NCBI GenBank assembly: GCA_037917685.1
Contig: JAVCBU010000012.1
Coordinates: forward strand, 288,001 to 352,000
Direction: 5' to 3'
DNA: 64,000 nucleotides
Source of the DNA: Thermoproteota archaeon
Lineage (GTDB): Archaea; Korarchaeota; Korarchaeia; Korarchaeales; JAOZGB01
Part shown: positions 27,591 to 37,849 of the stretch, piece by piece
Layout of the letters: the number at the start of each line of letters is the position of its first letter
How positions within the stretch are numbered: position 1 is the first letter of the stretch
The notes under the pieces: model-generated
Databases searched by the model: none
Seen by the model: the letters and a program-made list of their open reading frames with translations, nothing else
Told to the model about the DNA's origin: nothing
Program-made: the position numbers and the translations under genes

Positions 27591-28466
27591 CTATGAACGC
27601 AACGCGGCTTGTTCCAGCCCACAGCAATGTTTTTTCCAACTTAAATTGTAACCTTTCGATTTGGCGTATTTTATCGCTGTAACCGAGGGTATAGCTATTC
27701 CGTTTATACCGGCCTCTATAGCTGCTTTATCTATTTCATCTCTGAATTTAAATGGTCTCATACATCCAAGTATGAGCTTTGAATTGGGGTGGACTTTGGA
27801 GGCTATATTTATAATCTTACTTATCATTTGAGGAGACGGAGGTTCAACGTCTTCGAAAGGCGTGTTTGGTAGAGGGATAAGCGCTATTATAACCAGTTTT
27901 GAAGGGTTTACAAGCTTTGCCATCTTTAACGCTTTAAATTCTCCCTTAATACGGCCGTAGTGAAGGCCAACTATTATGTGGGGGGTAACCTTTATGCCTG
28001 CAGTAGACAGGGCTGATAAAGCCTTTACGTAGTCCTTGATTGTTCTTTTTAAACCTAAAACCTCCTTTATGGTTTCGTTACATCCTATTATGTCTATGGA
28101 GACTGTTCCAGGCTTGTATTTTGCAATTTCCTTAATTGTTTTGCGGGTTGGTAGCCCAGTGTGAATGTTAAAGGCTAGGCCTAATGTTTTCTTAGCCCAG
28201 TCTAGCACGGGCAGAAAACGGCCTAGTTGAACTTCTCCTGTTTCGTTTGCTCCTCCACTTATTAGGGCCCCGTATCCACCTCTCTTTCTAATTTTAACTA
28301 GAACTTCACGGAGTACTTCAGGGGTAGGCGCGGGAATCATGTGTCTAAGACAGAGACCCATACAATGTTTGCATGACAGATTGCATTTATCACCAGTTAT
28401 CGATATGGGTGGGAAAAACCTACCTGGCTTATAGAGGTTGAGTTCTTTGAGTTTGAGGTGGGTCAT
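27591..28466 (-). CDS. lipS1: Radical SAM lipoyl synthase component LipS1
   Basis: ISITG..CNLSCKHC, LISGG, PHIIVGLHYG, GCMR and C-terminal CC (LipS1 motifs). Confidence 0.82.
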   Translation of the reverse strand: MTHLKLKELNLYKPGRFFPPISITGDKCNLSCKHCMGLCLRHMIPAPTPEVLREVLVKIRKRGGYGALISGGANETGEVQLGRFLPVLDWAKKTLGLAFNIHTGLPTRKTIKEIAKYKPGTVSIDIIGCNETIKEVLGLKRTIKDYVKALSALSTAGIKVTPHIIVGLHYGRIKGEFKALKMAKLVNPSKLVIIALIPLPNTPFEDVEPPSPQMISKIINIASKVHPNSKLILGCMRPFKFRDEIDKAAIEAGINGIAIPSVTAIKYAKSKGYNLSWKKHCCGLEQAALRS

Positions 28467-28526
28467 GTTTAAAATTTATGGATTACAGTCAAAATTTAAA
28501 GTGTTACATGATTAATACTTAGCCTG

Positions 28527-31409
28527 ATGTCCAAAGACTTCGAGAGTTTTAAGATGACTCTCAGAAGAATAGAGAAGAAATGGCAAAGGAAATGGAGGGA
28601 ACATGGAGTTTTTGACGCAATGCCTCAAAGTGATAAAAAGAAGTACTTTATTACTGTTCCTTACCCGTATGCCTCTGGTCCTCTCCACATAGGTCATGGC
28701 AGGACATATACTACAGGGGATGTTATCGCACGATACAAAAGGATGAGAGGCTATAATGTTCTCTTCCCGATGGCGTTTCACATAACTGGAACGCCGATTG
28801 AGGGAATCTCTGCTAGGATAAGAGCTGGAGATGAAGAATCTATTAAGATAAACCGATACTATATATCCCTTTACGAAGATAACCCGGAAACAGTGGACAA
28901 AATATTAAAGTCTTTCGAGAATCCACGAAATGTTGCTAACTACTTTTCAAGTGTTATTAGCAGCGACTTTGATGCATTAGGTTTTAGTATAACATGGAAA
29001 AGAAGATTTACAACTGGAGATCCAGAGTACAATTCGTTCATAACATGGCAGTTTAAACGCCTCTACGAGCTTGGACATATAACTACTGGGACTTACCCCA
29101 TACTTTACTGTCTTGAAGAGGAGAACGCTGTTGGTGAAGATGACATATTGGGTGGCGACGAGATCAAGCCCGAAGTTATAGAGTATGTAGGGATCAAGTT
29201 TAAGCTTGATAATAACTCGTACCTCGTCGCTGCGACTTTAAGGCCTGAAACTATATTTGGTGTAACAAACATATGGATCAATCCTGACGGACGGTATGCC
29301 CTTGCTAGAGTTAACAATGAGAGATGGATCATATCAAAAGACTCGATAATTAAGATAGAGAGGCAAGGATATAAGGTTGAAGTCATTGAGGAATTTCCAG
29401 GCAGGAAACTCATAGGGAAATATGCAGACGTGCCAGGCTCAGACAGAAAGGTCCCGGTTCTACCGGGCCCCTTCGTAGATACGGATGAGGCGACCGGCGT
29501 TGTCTATTCTGTTCCAGCGCATGCACCATACGACTACGCGGCACTAATAGATATAAAGCGTAATCCAAGTGAATACGGAGTAGAAAAGGATATCGCTGAA
29601 GGGTTAGAGCCTATCCCAATTATAAGAATTGAGGGATACAGTGTTTACCCCGCAAAGGATGCCTGCGAGAAATACGGGGTTAAAAGCCAGATGGAGAAAG
29701 ATAAGCTTGAGAAAGCAACAGAACAAGTATACAAAGACGAATACTACTCAGGTGTTCTAACAGTCGGCCCATTTAAGGGTTGGAAGGTGTCAGACGTAAA
29801 GCCAAAGGTTGTAGAGTGGCTTGAAAGAATGAACAGAGCGGTAAAAATCTACGAAGTTTCCGCTCTCAAAAAACCCGTGGTTTGCAGGTGTGGAGGTAAG
29901 GTAACAGTTGCTGTTCTTGAAAATCAGTGGTTTATAGATTATAGTAGAGAAGACTGGAAAAATAAGGTTAGAGAGGCTTTAAGAAATATGGGAATCATAC
30001 CTGAAAACTACAGAAGACTTTTTGAAGATACGATTGAATGGCTTGATAAAAGGCCATGTGCTAGAAGAAGAGGCATAGGTACACCTTTACCCATGGATAA
30101 AAAGTGGATAATAGAGTCTTTATCAGATTCTACCATCTACATGGCGTTCTATACCGTAATTCATAGAATTAAGGGAAGGATACCCCCTGAAAAGCTGAAT
30201 CCAAGTTTTTGGGATTACGTGTTCCTAGGTAAAGGCGAAGTCGAGAAAATAGTTGAAGAGACCGGAATTTCGGTCAGAGAACTCGAAGAGATCAGAGATG
30301 AGTTTGAATACTGGTACCCTGTTGACCAGAGGCACACTGCCATTCCTCACATAACCAATCATTTGACGTTCTTTATATTTCATCACGTTGCCCTATTTCC
30401 AAGGGAGAAATGGCCGAGGATGATTACACTTAACGAGCTTGTGATAAGAGAAGGATCAAAGATGAGTAAGAGCAAGGGAAACGTTATACCATTAGTGGAA
30501 GTTCCAAGGAAGTATTCCGCAGATTGGTATAGGCTTTACATAATCTCCCAGGCTGACCTAAACACTGTCACAGATTGGCGTGAGAGGAATGTTATGACAG
30601 TGGGCAGAAAACTTAGAAGGTTTTGGCAAATAATGCAGATTCAAGGAAACAAGGATGGTACTAAAAACGTTTTAGATCGGTGGATCATTTCTAGGGTTAA
30701 TAGAATGGTCTCGAAGGTAACGGAGTGCTATGAAAGATTTAAGCTAAGAGAGGCTGTTGTTGAAGCATTTTTCAATATGCTAAACGATGTCGAGGCTTAC
30801 CTGAAATATGGGTCAGCGAACTTTGACACATTTAGCTATGTAAAAGATAGATGGATTAGAGTCATGGCGCCTGTAATACCGCATATCGCCGAAGAAATCT
30901 GGGAAAGGATGGGAAACAAAGGCTTCATATCGCTTGAGAGTTGGCCGGAGCCAGAAACTGAATTAGTAGACGAAAATGTCGAAAAAGCTTATGAGACAGT
31001 CTTACAAGTTGTGGAGGACGCGAATCAAATAATCAATGTTATCAAAGGGGAGAAGCCAAAGAAACTCTACGTTTACGTCGCATCGGCATGGAAGTATGAT
31101 GCACTTAAAGAGATTAAGGTAGAACGCCCGGTTGCTCTAGGTAAGCTTATGGGTCAGCTCAAAGAGTATTTAAGGAAGTATGGAAAAGTGGCTGAAGCGA
31201 TTGCAAGGGAAATTGCTAGAAGAGAGGGAAAATGGCCCTATTCTACTAGGGAGGCTGAAATAGAGATGTTAAAGACGTTAAGACAGATGATAATCGACAG
31301 AACCGGATTAGAGAATGTTAAAATAATGGAGGAAGAGAAGGCCACCTATGACCCAATGGGTAAGGCTTCTAGAGCCCTTCCTGGGAAGCCAGCTCTTTAC
31401 CTTGAATAA
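28527..31409 (+). CDS. leuS: Leucyl-tRNA synthetase (archaeal/eukaryal type)
   Basis: PYPYASGPLHIGH, ATLRPET, SVPAHAPYD, ESLSDSTIY, KMSKSKGN, C-terminal PGKPALY. Confidence 0.97.
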   Translation: MSKDFESFKMTLRRIEKKWQRKWREHGVFDAMPQSDKKKYFITVPYPYASGPLHIGHGRTYTTGDVIARYKRMRGYNVLFPMAFHITGTPIEGISARIRAGDEESIKINRYYISLYEDNPETVDKILKSFENPRNVANYFSSVISSDFDALGFSITWKRRFTTGDPEYNSFITWQFKRLYELGHITTGTYPILYCLEEENAVGEDDILGGDEIKPEVIEYVGIKFKLDNNSYLVAATLRPETIFGVTNIWINPDGRYALARVNNERWIISKDSIIKIERQGYKVEVIEEFPGRKLIGKYADVPGSDRKVPVLPGPFVDTDEATGVVYSVPAHAPYDYAALIDIKRNPSEYGVEKDIAEGLEPIPIIRIEGYSVYPAKDACEKYGVKSQMEKDKLEKATEQVYKDEYYSGVLTVGPFKGWKVSDVKPKVVEWLERMNRAVKIYEVSALKKPVVCRCGGKVTVAVLENQWFIDYSREDWKNKVREALRNMGIIPENYRRLFEDTIEWLDKRPCARRRGIGTPLPMDKKWIIESLSDSTIYMAFYTVIHRIKGRIPPEKLNPSFWDYVFLGKGEVEKIVEETGISVRELEEIRDEFEYWYPVDQRHTAIPHITNHLTFFIFHHVALFPREKWPRMITLNELVIREGSKMSKSKGNVIPLVEVPRKYSADWYRLYIISQADLNTVTDWRERNVMTVGRKLRRFWQIMQIQGNKDGTKNVLDRWIISRVNRMVSKVTECYERFKLREAVVEAFFNMLNDVEAYLKYGSANFDTFSYVKDRWIRVMAPVIPHIAEEIWERMGNKGFISLESWPEPETELVDENVEKAYETVLQVVEDANQIINVIKGEKPKKLYVYVASAWKYDALKEIKVERPVALGKLMGQLKEYLRKYGKVAEAIAREIARREGKWPYSTREAEIEMLKTLRQMIIDRTGLENVKIMEEEKATYDPMGKASRALPGKPALYLE

Positions 31410-31941
31410 TCTTAACAGCTTCTTCTGTAGTTACGGCTTTAAGCTTCAGTATGTTTCTAATGTAGTTTATAAAGTACTCCTGATCTTTATCTGTTAAAGA
31501 AGCTGTGGCGTCCGACAGTATTATGGTATCATAACCTCTCATGTATGCATCCACGGCAGTAAATAAAACACATACATTTGTGAGTAAACCAGTTATGAAA
31601 AGCCTGTCAATTTTAAGTTCCTTCAATAGTAGATCCAAGTCTGTTTGGAAGAACCCGCTGTACCTCCGTTTCTTGACGATGTAGTCTCTGCCTTGCGGGC
31701 TGATTTCACTGTATATTTTGGCACCTTCACTTCCCTCTAAAGCGTGCATGGGCCAAATCTTAAACTCTCCATCCTCTGGGAGATGGCTGTCACATACATA
31801 TACTACGGGGATTTTCCGTCTTCTAGCCTCTTCTAATATCATTTTTATATTTGGAATTATTCTTCTACCATTTGGTACTTCTAGAGGCGCACCTGGCCTG
31901 AGGAAGTCATTTAACATGTCAATTACGAGGACCGCGTCCAC
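31369..31941 (-). CDS. pncA: Nicotinamidase/isochorismatase-family cysteine hydrolase
   Basis: VIDMLNDF, DSH...WPMH, KRRYSGF, GLLTNVCV; pncB lies nearby. Confidence 0.8.
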   Translation of the reverse strand: MDAVLVIDMLNDFLRPGAPLEVPNGRRIIPNIKMILEEARRRKIPVVYVCDSHLPEDGEFKIWPMHALEGSEGAKIYSEISPQGRDYIVKKRRYSGFFQTDLDLLLKELKIDRLFITGLLTNVCVLFTAVDAYMRGYDTIILSDATASLTDKDQEYFINYIRNILKLKAVTTEEAVKIIQGKELASQEGL

Positions 31942-31969
31942 ATGGTAATAGAGGGAGGAAGATAATAAA

Positions 31970-32332
31970 ATGGTTAAGCCAGATAAAGGTGTTAAGAAGA
32001 AATACTTAACACTATTCTTCTTTGATAGAACCGTGCCCAGAGAGCTATATTATAGTATCCAGAGGAGACTGAACATTATGGGTATTGGAGCGGTATGGCA
32101 GCCAAATTCAGCTGTTAAGAATGTAAGAAGCTACGAAAAGATAGTAGAGTACTGTATTAGAAGAAACATAAGAATAATAGCTACCTTTGACAAGAAATTC
32201 AAATATGACACTGCAAACACAGGAAAGAAGATTAAAATCTTAAGATTGAAGGGTGGAAGACAAAAGACTGTAAATAAGATCATTGGTAAGCTGTTTCAGG
32301 CATACCATTCCCTGAACCAGGTCAAAAACTGA
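31970..32332 (+). CDS. Small basic protein, DUF5615/Mut7-C PIN-like
   Basis: FFFDRTV...IIATFDKKF...ILRL pattern. Confidence 0.5.
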   Translation: MVKPDKGVKKKYLTLFFFDRTVPRELYYSIQRRLNIMGIGAVWQPNSAVKNVRSYEKIVEYCIRRNIRIIATFDKKFKYDTANTGKKIKILRLKGGRQKTVNKIIGKLFQAYHSLNQVKN

Positions 32333-32393
32333 TTTATCCTATTACCACTTGAGTCTAGAAACCTAAATAAATAATTACAAGATAAGAGTACCT

Positions 32394-34181
32394 GTGCTAA
32401 ATCTCAAAGCCATCTTTTTGATTCCCTTTGTAGTACCAATAACCCTACTGCACCCAACTGGGGAGGTTACGGTGTTAGGTGTTGTCCAGGGGCCTGTTGT
32501 CTATCATCACTGTGGGATATCCGGAGTATGTTGGCTTGAATTTCCAATCCTCGTGGTTGACGTTATCTCAGGTTCAGGTGTAGTGGAAGGTGGCACTATT
32601 AATGTTCTCTACGTCTCGGATGACACTCTAAAGGTTAAGGAGATAGTGAGAATGGGTGGATTATTCGATGGAGAAAAAATAATAGTCGACACGAGATACG
32701 GTGGATATCTTAGACATGAAGGGTTTTATTTTGAACCTTTAGTTTTTGCGTGGGCCGAGAAGAATGTTGTAAAGGTCGGCCAGAAGGCTAAGATTTACTA
32801 CATGCTTAATGCATCATTCAACTGTCAGGTTCAAGCCTATGTGTACAAGCCGGATGGAAAAACTGAAAAAGTATATGAAAAATGGAATGTAGCACCAGGA
32901 GAGGTGGCCGCGTTTACTGATACCCCAGAAATGGAGGGTGGATATACCTATGTAATAGAGGCTTACGATGGTATTTCAACATCTAAAGCTTCACTACAAA
33001 TAGCTGTCAAATCCGAGGAGCCTCCACCACCTGGTAAAGAGAAAAAGTATTATAATGTTACATTCAGGGTTGAGAGCCTTACAGGTATACCTATAGAAGG
33101 TGCCGAGATTTACCTAAACGATGCTTACATCGGCGCCACTTCGGAGAATGGCACATTATATGTTGAGAACATAGAGGAGGGTACATATAGTTTAAGGGTG
33201 ACAGCTAATGGATACGAGGAATACTCTAAGGTCATAACTATAAGCTACGACCTTGTAGCTATCACTTTGAAAGTTGAAGAGCCTGATGTAGAGGTTAAAG
33301 TAAACCCCTCGGAACTCTGGATTATGGCAGGGGAGCCCTTCGATATCAAAATTCAAATCGAAACGTCAGGCCCCCCAATTTTGATAGAAACTCTCGAGTA
33401 TTACACCACCAAGGGTGTGAATATCATTAATAGAAGCATAATTGAGAACCAGATACTACAAAACAGGGATATAACAGTTGTATATGAAGGGTCTGCGGAG
33501 GCAGAGGGTTCCTTTAAAATTACATTCACACTACGATATCAGCTGATAAATGGAGAACGCAGAGAGATAAGTAAAACAGTAAATGTACATTGTACCGGGT
33601 TTTCAGCTAGTTATAAGCGATATATAGAGTTGGAAATACACATTCCAAATGGTAACGGCACTCTAAGGTTTTACTATCCTGGTGTAGACATGAATTTGAT
33701 TAACTCTATGTCTAAATATCTCAAAGATGAAAGCCGAAACTTGCTTAACAACGTGTTTGGCGAGTATGATGCAATTAAGGACTACACCGGTTTCGAGGGG
33801 AAAACCCCATACTATGCATTTAATTTCCGTATCAATATAACTGCAAACAAAGTAAAAATAGGAGAGATATTCGTTTCCTCCGATACAACCGTGTTCAGAG
33901 TTATTGTGAAGCTGGAGCAGGGATATATGTTAACAAAGTATCCCCAATATTTTTCTATTTATGAAGAGAATGGTTTAACAGCAATAGCTGAGTTTTCTGC
34001 TTCGACACAAGGATTTACGATTGTATACAGAGAGGAGGAGAAGCCCCCAAGTAGAGGTAAAGAGAATAGAATTGTGAAAATATTACCTTATGCGGGTATA
34101 TTAGCTGCTATTATAGTGGGTACTATGATCTACCTAAAGAGCCGCCCGAAGTATTATAGACCTTCTCGACGATTCCGATAG
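32394..34181 (+). CDS. Membrane-anchored surface protein with a PEGA/carboxypeptidase-regulatory-like domain
   Basis: N-terminal signal, PIEGAEIYLND..IG.T..G...EGTYSLRVTANGYEEY, C-terminal TM plus basic tail. Confidence 0.75.
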   Translation: MLNLKAIFLIPFVVPITLLHPTGEVTVLGVVQGPVVYHHCGISGVCWLEFPILVVDVISGSGVVEGGTINVLYVSDDTLKVKEIVRMGGLFDGEKIIVDTRYGGYLRHEGFYFEPLVFAWAEKNVVKVGQKAKIYYMLNASFNCQVQAYVYKPDGKTEKVYEKWNVAPGEVAAFTDTPEMEGGYTYVIEAYDGISTSKASLQIAVKSEEPPPPGKEKKYYNVTFRVESLTGIPIEGAEIYLNDAYIGATSENGTLYVENIEEGTYSLRVTANGYEEYSKVITISYDLVAITLKVEEPDVEVKVNPSELWIMAGEPFDIKIQIETSGPPILIETLEYYTTKGVNIINRSIIENQILQNRDITVVYEGSAEAEGSFKITFTLRYQLINGERREISKTVNVHCTGFSASYKRYIELEIHIPNGNGTLRFYYPGVDMNLINSMSKYLKDESRNLLNNVFGEYDAIKDYTGFEGKTPYYAFNFRINITANKVKIGEIFVSSDTTVFRVIVKLEQGYMLTKYPQYFSIYEENGLTAIAEFSASTQGFTIVYREEEKPPSRGKENRIVKILPYAGILAAIIVGTMIYLKSRPKYYRPSRRFR

Positions 34182-35718
34182 CCCTTGTTCTTCCCTCCCT
34201 TAGGACTATTTTATCACCTTTGGTAACGTATAGAGGTCTATATAGGAATTTTAACCTGACAGTGGCGGTATCCCCGGTTCTTAGGGGCTCCTTAGACATT
34301 TTAACAAACTTTACGGTCCGCCTAGCTGACATTATATGTGCGACGGCTTCGTATCCTCTTCTAATCATTGTAGGATGATTAAGAATAAACAAGTTAACAT
34401 CCACGGCGTAAATAGCTTCAGGCTTTATCTCCGTATCTAAAAGTGACATCCCCTTTTCTATTTTCTTATATTCTATATTTTTAAGGGCTAGGCAGGCATG
34501 CTTCCCAGCCACCGCCCTATCTACTTTAACTCTGTGGACTTCTATAGATTTAACTTTAACCATTTCAAAGCTTCCATCGCTAAGGGGCCCTATGTACACA
34601 TCATCTCCAACCTTTACTGAGCCCTGAAGAATTAAACCATGCACAACCGGCCCTATTCCTGTAATATTGAATTTTTCCTCAACGTACATCTTGAAGGGCC
34701 TATCAACCTTGTCAGCCCACTCATTCCTCGGGGGAAGCAGGTTTAGGAAGCTTGACAGAAGATCTAAGCCGCGCCCTGTTTTATTAGAAACTAGGAATAT
34801 GGGCATAATTCTGCCGCTTGTCATATGTCTGGCGGATACGGCAACATCATCCATTCCTCTAACCAAATAAGGAATCTTATTGACCGATGGAAGTTTAGCT
34901 ATCTTTGAAACCTCCTCTACCGTTCTGTTAAGCCTTGGCTCTGAAGCCAGATCTATCTTGGTGACAACGCAGAATATTGGAATTCTAAGGGAGACTGCTA
35001 CACCAAATTGCTCTCTAGCCATACCTATAGGTCCGGCGTTAGCTGCAACAACAAACATCGCATAATCGGGTTTGTACGCGCATACGCCCCTAAGTGACGT
35101 CTTAAAGTATTTCTCGTGACCGGCAAGGTCAACGAAACACACTATTTTTGAACTCCTAATGTAAACTTCATCTTCGCTTGGTGTTGGAATAAGCTTATTC
35201 ACGATTTTTCCATTTTTATCGAAGCCAACAAGAGTTGTAGAGATGGCTGATGTTCTCCCACTCACTATTTCATGCGGGTGTCTGGCTATTAGGGCCATCG
35301 CTGAACCTCGCCCATCGTCAAGGATATTGTACGCTAGCACCCCTATCAATGTTGACTTGCCGCTATCAACATTACCTATCGTTGGAATGGTTATTATTGG
35401 AGGATCTCCAGCTATTCTCCTTACGTAAATTTCATAGACAAATCTATCTTTAACTTTAATTTTCCTTATAATTTTCAGAGAGGCGGGGATGAGGCTTGCC
35501 GCTTTCTTGAGGTTTTCAATACTTTTTATAGCTACCTCCTGAGATATACCTACCGGTTCTCCGTCATCAGTCACCCCCAACTCATACCACGCTTCCCCTC
35601 CACCCTCGTTTAGTCTATACTTCATCTGGGAAGCTATCTTTTCAATCTTATGTGGGTCGTCTACTCTAAGCTTGTACTCTACCGGCCCTGTTTCGCTTTC
35701 CCCACCGAACTTTTTCAT
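34123..35718 (-). CDS. GTPBP1-family translational GTPase (archaeal)
   Basis: GPVEYKL, QMKYRLNEGGGEA, GNVDSGKST, HPHEIVSGRTS, DLAGHEKY, TKID, EF-Tu-like domains II/III (LREGRTRAIG). Confidence 0.92.
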   Translation of the reverse strand: MKKFGGESETGPVEYKLRVDDPHKIEKIASQMKYRLNEGGGEAWYELGVTDDGEPVGISQEVAIKSIENLKKAASLIPASLKIIRKIKVKDRFVYEIYVRRIAGDPPIITIPTIGNVDSGKSTLIGVLAYNILDDGRGSAMALIARHPHEIVSGRTSAISTTLVGFDKNGKIVNKLIPTPSEDEVYIRSSKIVCFVDLAGHEKYFKTSLRGVCAYKPDYAMFVVAANAGPIGMAREQFGVAVSLRIPIFCVVTKIDLASEPRLNRTVEEVSKIAKLPSVNKIPYLVRGMDDVAVSARHMTSGRIMPIFLVSNKTGRGLDLLSSFLNLLPPRNEWADKVDRPFKMYVEEKFNITGIGPVVHGLILQGSVKVGDDVYIGPLSDGSFEMVKVKSIEVHRVKVDRAVAGKHACLALKNIEYKKIEKGMSLLDTEIKPEAIYAVDVNLFILNHPTMIRRGYEAVAHIMSARRTVKFVKMSKEPLRTGDTATVRLKFLYRPLYVTKGDKIVLREGRTRAIGIVEKVYNTSGGSLGRS

Positions 35719-35791
35719 TTTGAATTCCTGCCTGATTATATTATGGTGTGACTGGAATAAAAAATTAAGAGGAAGCACGGATTAGCAGAAT

Positions 35792-36994
35792 GTGAAATTG
35801 AGGAAGTTTTATGTTGTTTCTGAAGAGGAAATAAAGAAAGGAAAGGTTACGGATGTCTACTTTACAAGAACCGTCGAAGTTCTTAAGTCAAAAGGTTTGG
35901 ACAAGGTAAATGTTTCAATGGAGATTTCGGCACACAGCATTCCTCGAGGATGGAGTTGGGGTGTACTCGCAGGTGTAGAGGAATTTGCAAACCTGCTTGA
36001 AGGCATAGAGGTAGACTGCTACTGTATGGAGGAGGGGGAAATTTTCACTCCTGAAATACCTGTAGCATTAATAAAGGGACGGTATGGGAAGTTTGCGGTG
36101 TACGAAACATCGATCCTCGGCCTCTTAAGTCAACCATCCGGAGTAGCAACAACAGCTGCCCATGTTAAGTTAGCTGCCCGAGGGAAACCTGTGGTAAACT
36201 TTGGCATCAGAAGGATGCACCCAGGGATAAGTTTATCCATAGAGCGAGCAAGCATAATCGGCGGATGCGATGGTTCCTCCGGGATATTGCTCGAGGAGCT
36301 TGGACTGAAGCCAGTAGGAACCATGCCTCACGCCTTAATACTAATATTTGGAGATCAGGCCGAGGCATGGAAGGCGTTTGACGAGGTTCTCCCTAAAGAC
36401 ATACCTAGAGTGGCGCTTGTTGATACTTATTGGGATGAAAAAACGGAGGCTATCCTTGCCGCTGAAACCCTCGGAGATAGGTTATATGCTATTAGGCTCG
36501 ATACTCCAAGATCTAGAAGGGGAAAGATGGTTGACATTGTGAAGGAAGTGAGGTGGGAACTGGATAGCAGGGGTTTCCAAAATGTTAAAATATTTGTCTC
36601 AGGTGGTTTGGATGACAAGAAAGTGAGAGAGCTGTCGGAAGCCGGTGCTGATGCTTTTGGGGTTGGAACATTCATAACAAACGCTGAAACTGTCGACTTT
36701 GGGATGGATATAGTAGCGGTTGAAGGTAAACCTAGATCCAAGAGAGGGAAACTTTCAGGTGAAAAGCAGGTTTACAGGTGCCCAAGGTGTTTTAGGACTG
36801 TTGTGACCAAATGGGAAAGTAAAAATATTGTCTGTGAGCAGTGTCGAGTCGAGATGGAGGCTCTACTTAGACCCTTGGTAATACAAGGTAAAATTGTGAG
36901 AGAAAAACCTAACATTGTCAAGGTTAGAAGTAGAGTTTTAGAGAAGATCAAGACATTGGAAGGGAGAGAGATTAAGGTCATATATGAGGCATAG
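35792..36994 (+). CDS. pncB: Nicotinate phosphoribosyltransferase with C-terminal Zn ribbon
   Basis: TDVYF, FGIRRMHP, GTMPHA, RLDTP, FVSGG, KRGK; CPRC/CEQC. Confidence 0.93.
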   Translation: MKLRKFYVVSEEEIKKGKVTDVYFTRTVEVLKSKGLDKVNVSMEISAHSIPRGWSWGVLAGVEEFANLLEGIEVDCYCMEEGEIFTPEIPVALIKGRYGKFAVYETSILGLLSQPSGVATTAAHVKLAARGKPVVNFGIRRMHPGISLSIERASIIGGCDGSSGILLEELGLKPVGTMPHALILIFGDQAEAWKAFDEVLPKDIPRVALVDTYWDEKTEAILAAETLGDRLYAIRLDTPRSRRGKMVDIVKEVRWELDSRGFQNVKIFVSGGLDDKKVRELSEAGADAFGVGTFITNAETVDFGMDIVAVEGKPRSKRGKLSGEKQVYRCPRCFRTVVTKWESKNIVCEQCRVEMEALLRPLVIQGKIVREKPNIVKVRSRVLEKIKTLEGREIKVIYEA

Positions 36995-37012
36995 GTGTAC
37001 CGGGCTTAGAAA

Positions 37013-37849
37013 TCAGGTTTTAATCCCAAGTTCCAGGTTTGCTAGTTCATAGTGTTTTTTAAGGGTTGAGACTGAAACGTGAGTGTAAATTTGTGTAGTA
37101 GCTAGGGAGCTGTGGCCAAGAAGTTCTTGTATATATCTAATATCTACGTTTCTGTCGAGGAGATGCGTGCTAAATGAGTGCCTTAGTTTGTGGGGGGTAC
37201 ATCTTTTCTGCCAATCTGATATGCCGGCCTTTCTTCCAGCTTTTTTAATCATTCTCTGAACATTTAGCGGCCTCATCCTTCGGCCTACCTTGTTGATAAA
37301 TAGGGGCCCGGTTTTCCTCTGCCCTATGTATTGCCGTATTAGATCGGCGGCCTCTTTTGTAAAGAAGGATATACGGTCTTTCCGCCCCTTTCCACCCCGC
37401 ACCCTAACTATTCCCCTTTCGAGATCTAAATCTTCGACGTTAAGGTTGCAAAGTTCTGAAACCCTCAAACCTGAGGTATATAGTAATAGTATAATTGCCT
37501 TGTCTCTTAATCGGCCAGCGGCCTCCACCATTCTCCTTATCTCTTCTGGCGTGAGAACTTCAGGTAGTTTCCTCCCGATTCTTGGAGGTCTTATAGATTC
37601 ATAGTCTGTTCTTCCAGCCCACGAAAGATACCGTCTTAGTACAACGGTATGAATGTATAGGGTTGAAATGTTGTATCCGCTTCTCCTCCTTTCAAGGAGA
37701 TAGTCTTTAATCTTTTCAATACTACAGTCAGCTGGGTCTCGCCCAACTATATTAAGAAAAGTGTTGAGTATGCTTTTGTAGGTCTTAATAGTGTATTTGC
37801 TTTTCCCCTCTAATTCAAGTTCTGCTATGAAGCGCTCTATTCTATTCAT
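37013..37849 (-). CDS. xerA: Tyrosine recombinase XerA (XerC/D family)
   Basis: GLRVSEL, GGKGRKDR, TPHKLRHSF, LLGHSSLATTQIY: all catalytic R-K-H-R-H-Y residues present; housekeeping context. Confidence 0.9.
   Translation of the reverse strand: MNRIERFIAELELEGKSKYTIKTYKSILNTFLNIVGRDPADCSIEKIKDYLLERRRSGYNISTLYIHTVVLRRYLSWAGRTDYESIRPPRIGRKLPEVLTPEEIRRMVEAAGRLRDKAIILLLYTSGLRVSELCNLNVEDLDLERGIVRVRGGKGRKDRISFFTKEAADLIRQYIGQRKTGPLFINKVGRRMRPLNVQRMIKKAGRKAGISDWQKRCTPHKLRHSFSTHLLDRNVDIRYIQELLGHSSLATTQIYTHVSVSTLKKHYELANLELGIKT

Noticed and set aside
37013-37849. Integrase marking a provirus or integrative element
   Set aside because: XerA size and motifs, housekeeping neighbours on both sides, no tRNA/att site or cargo genes.
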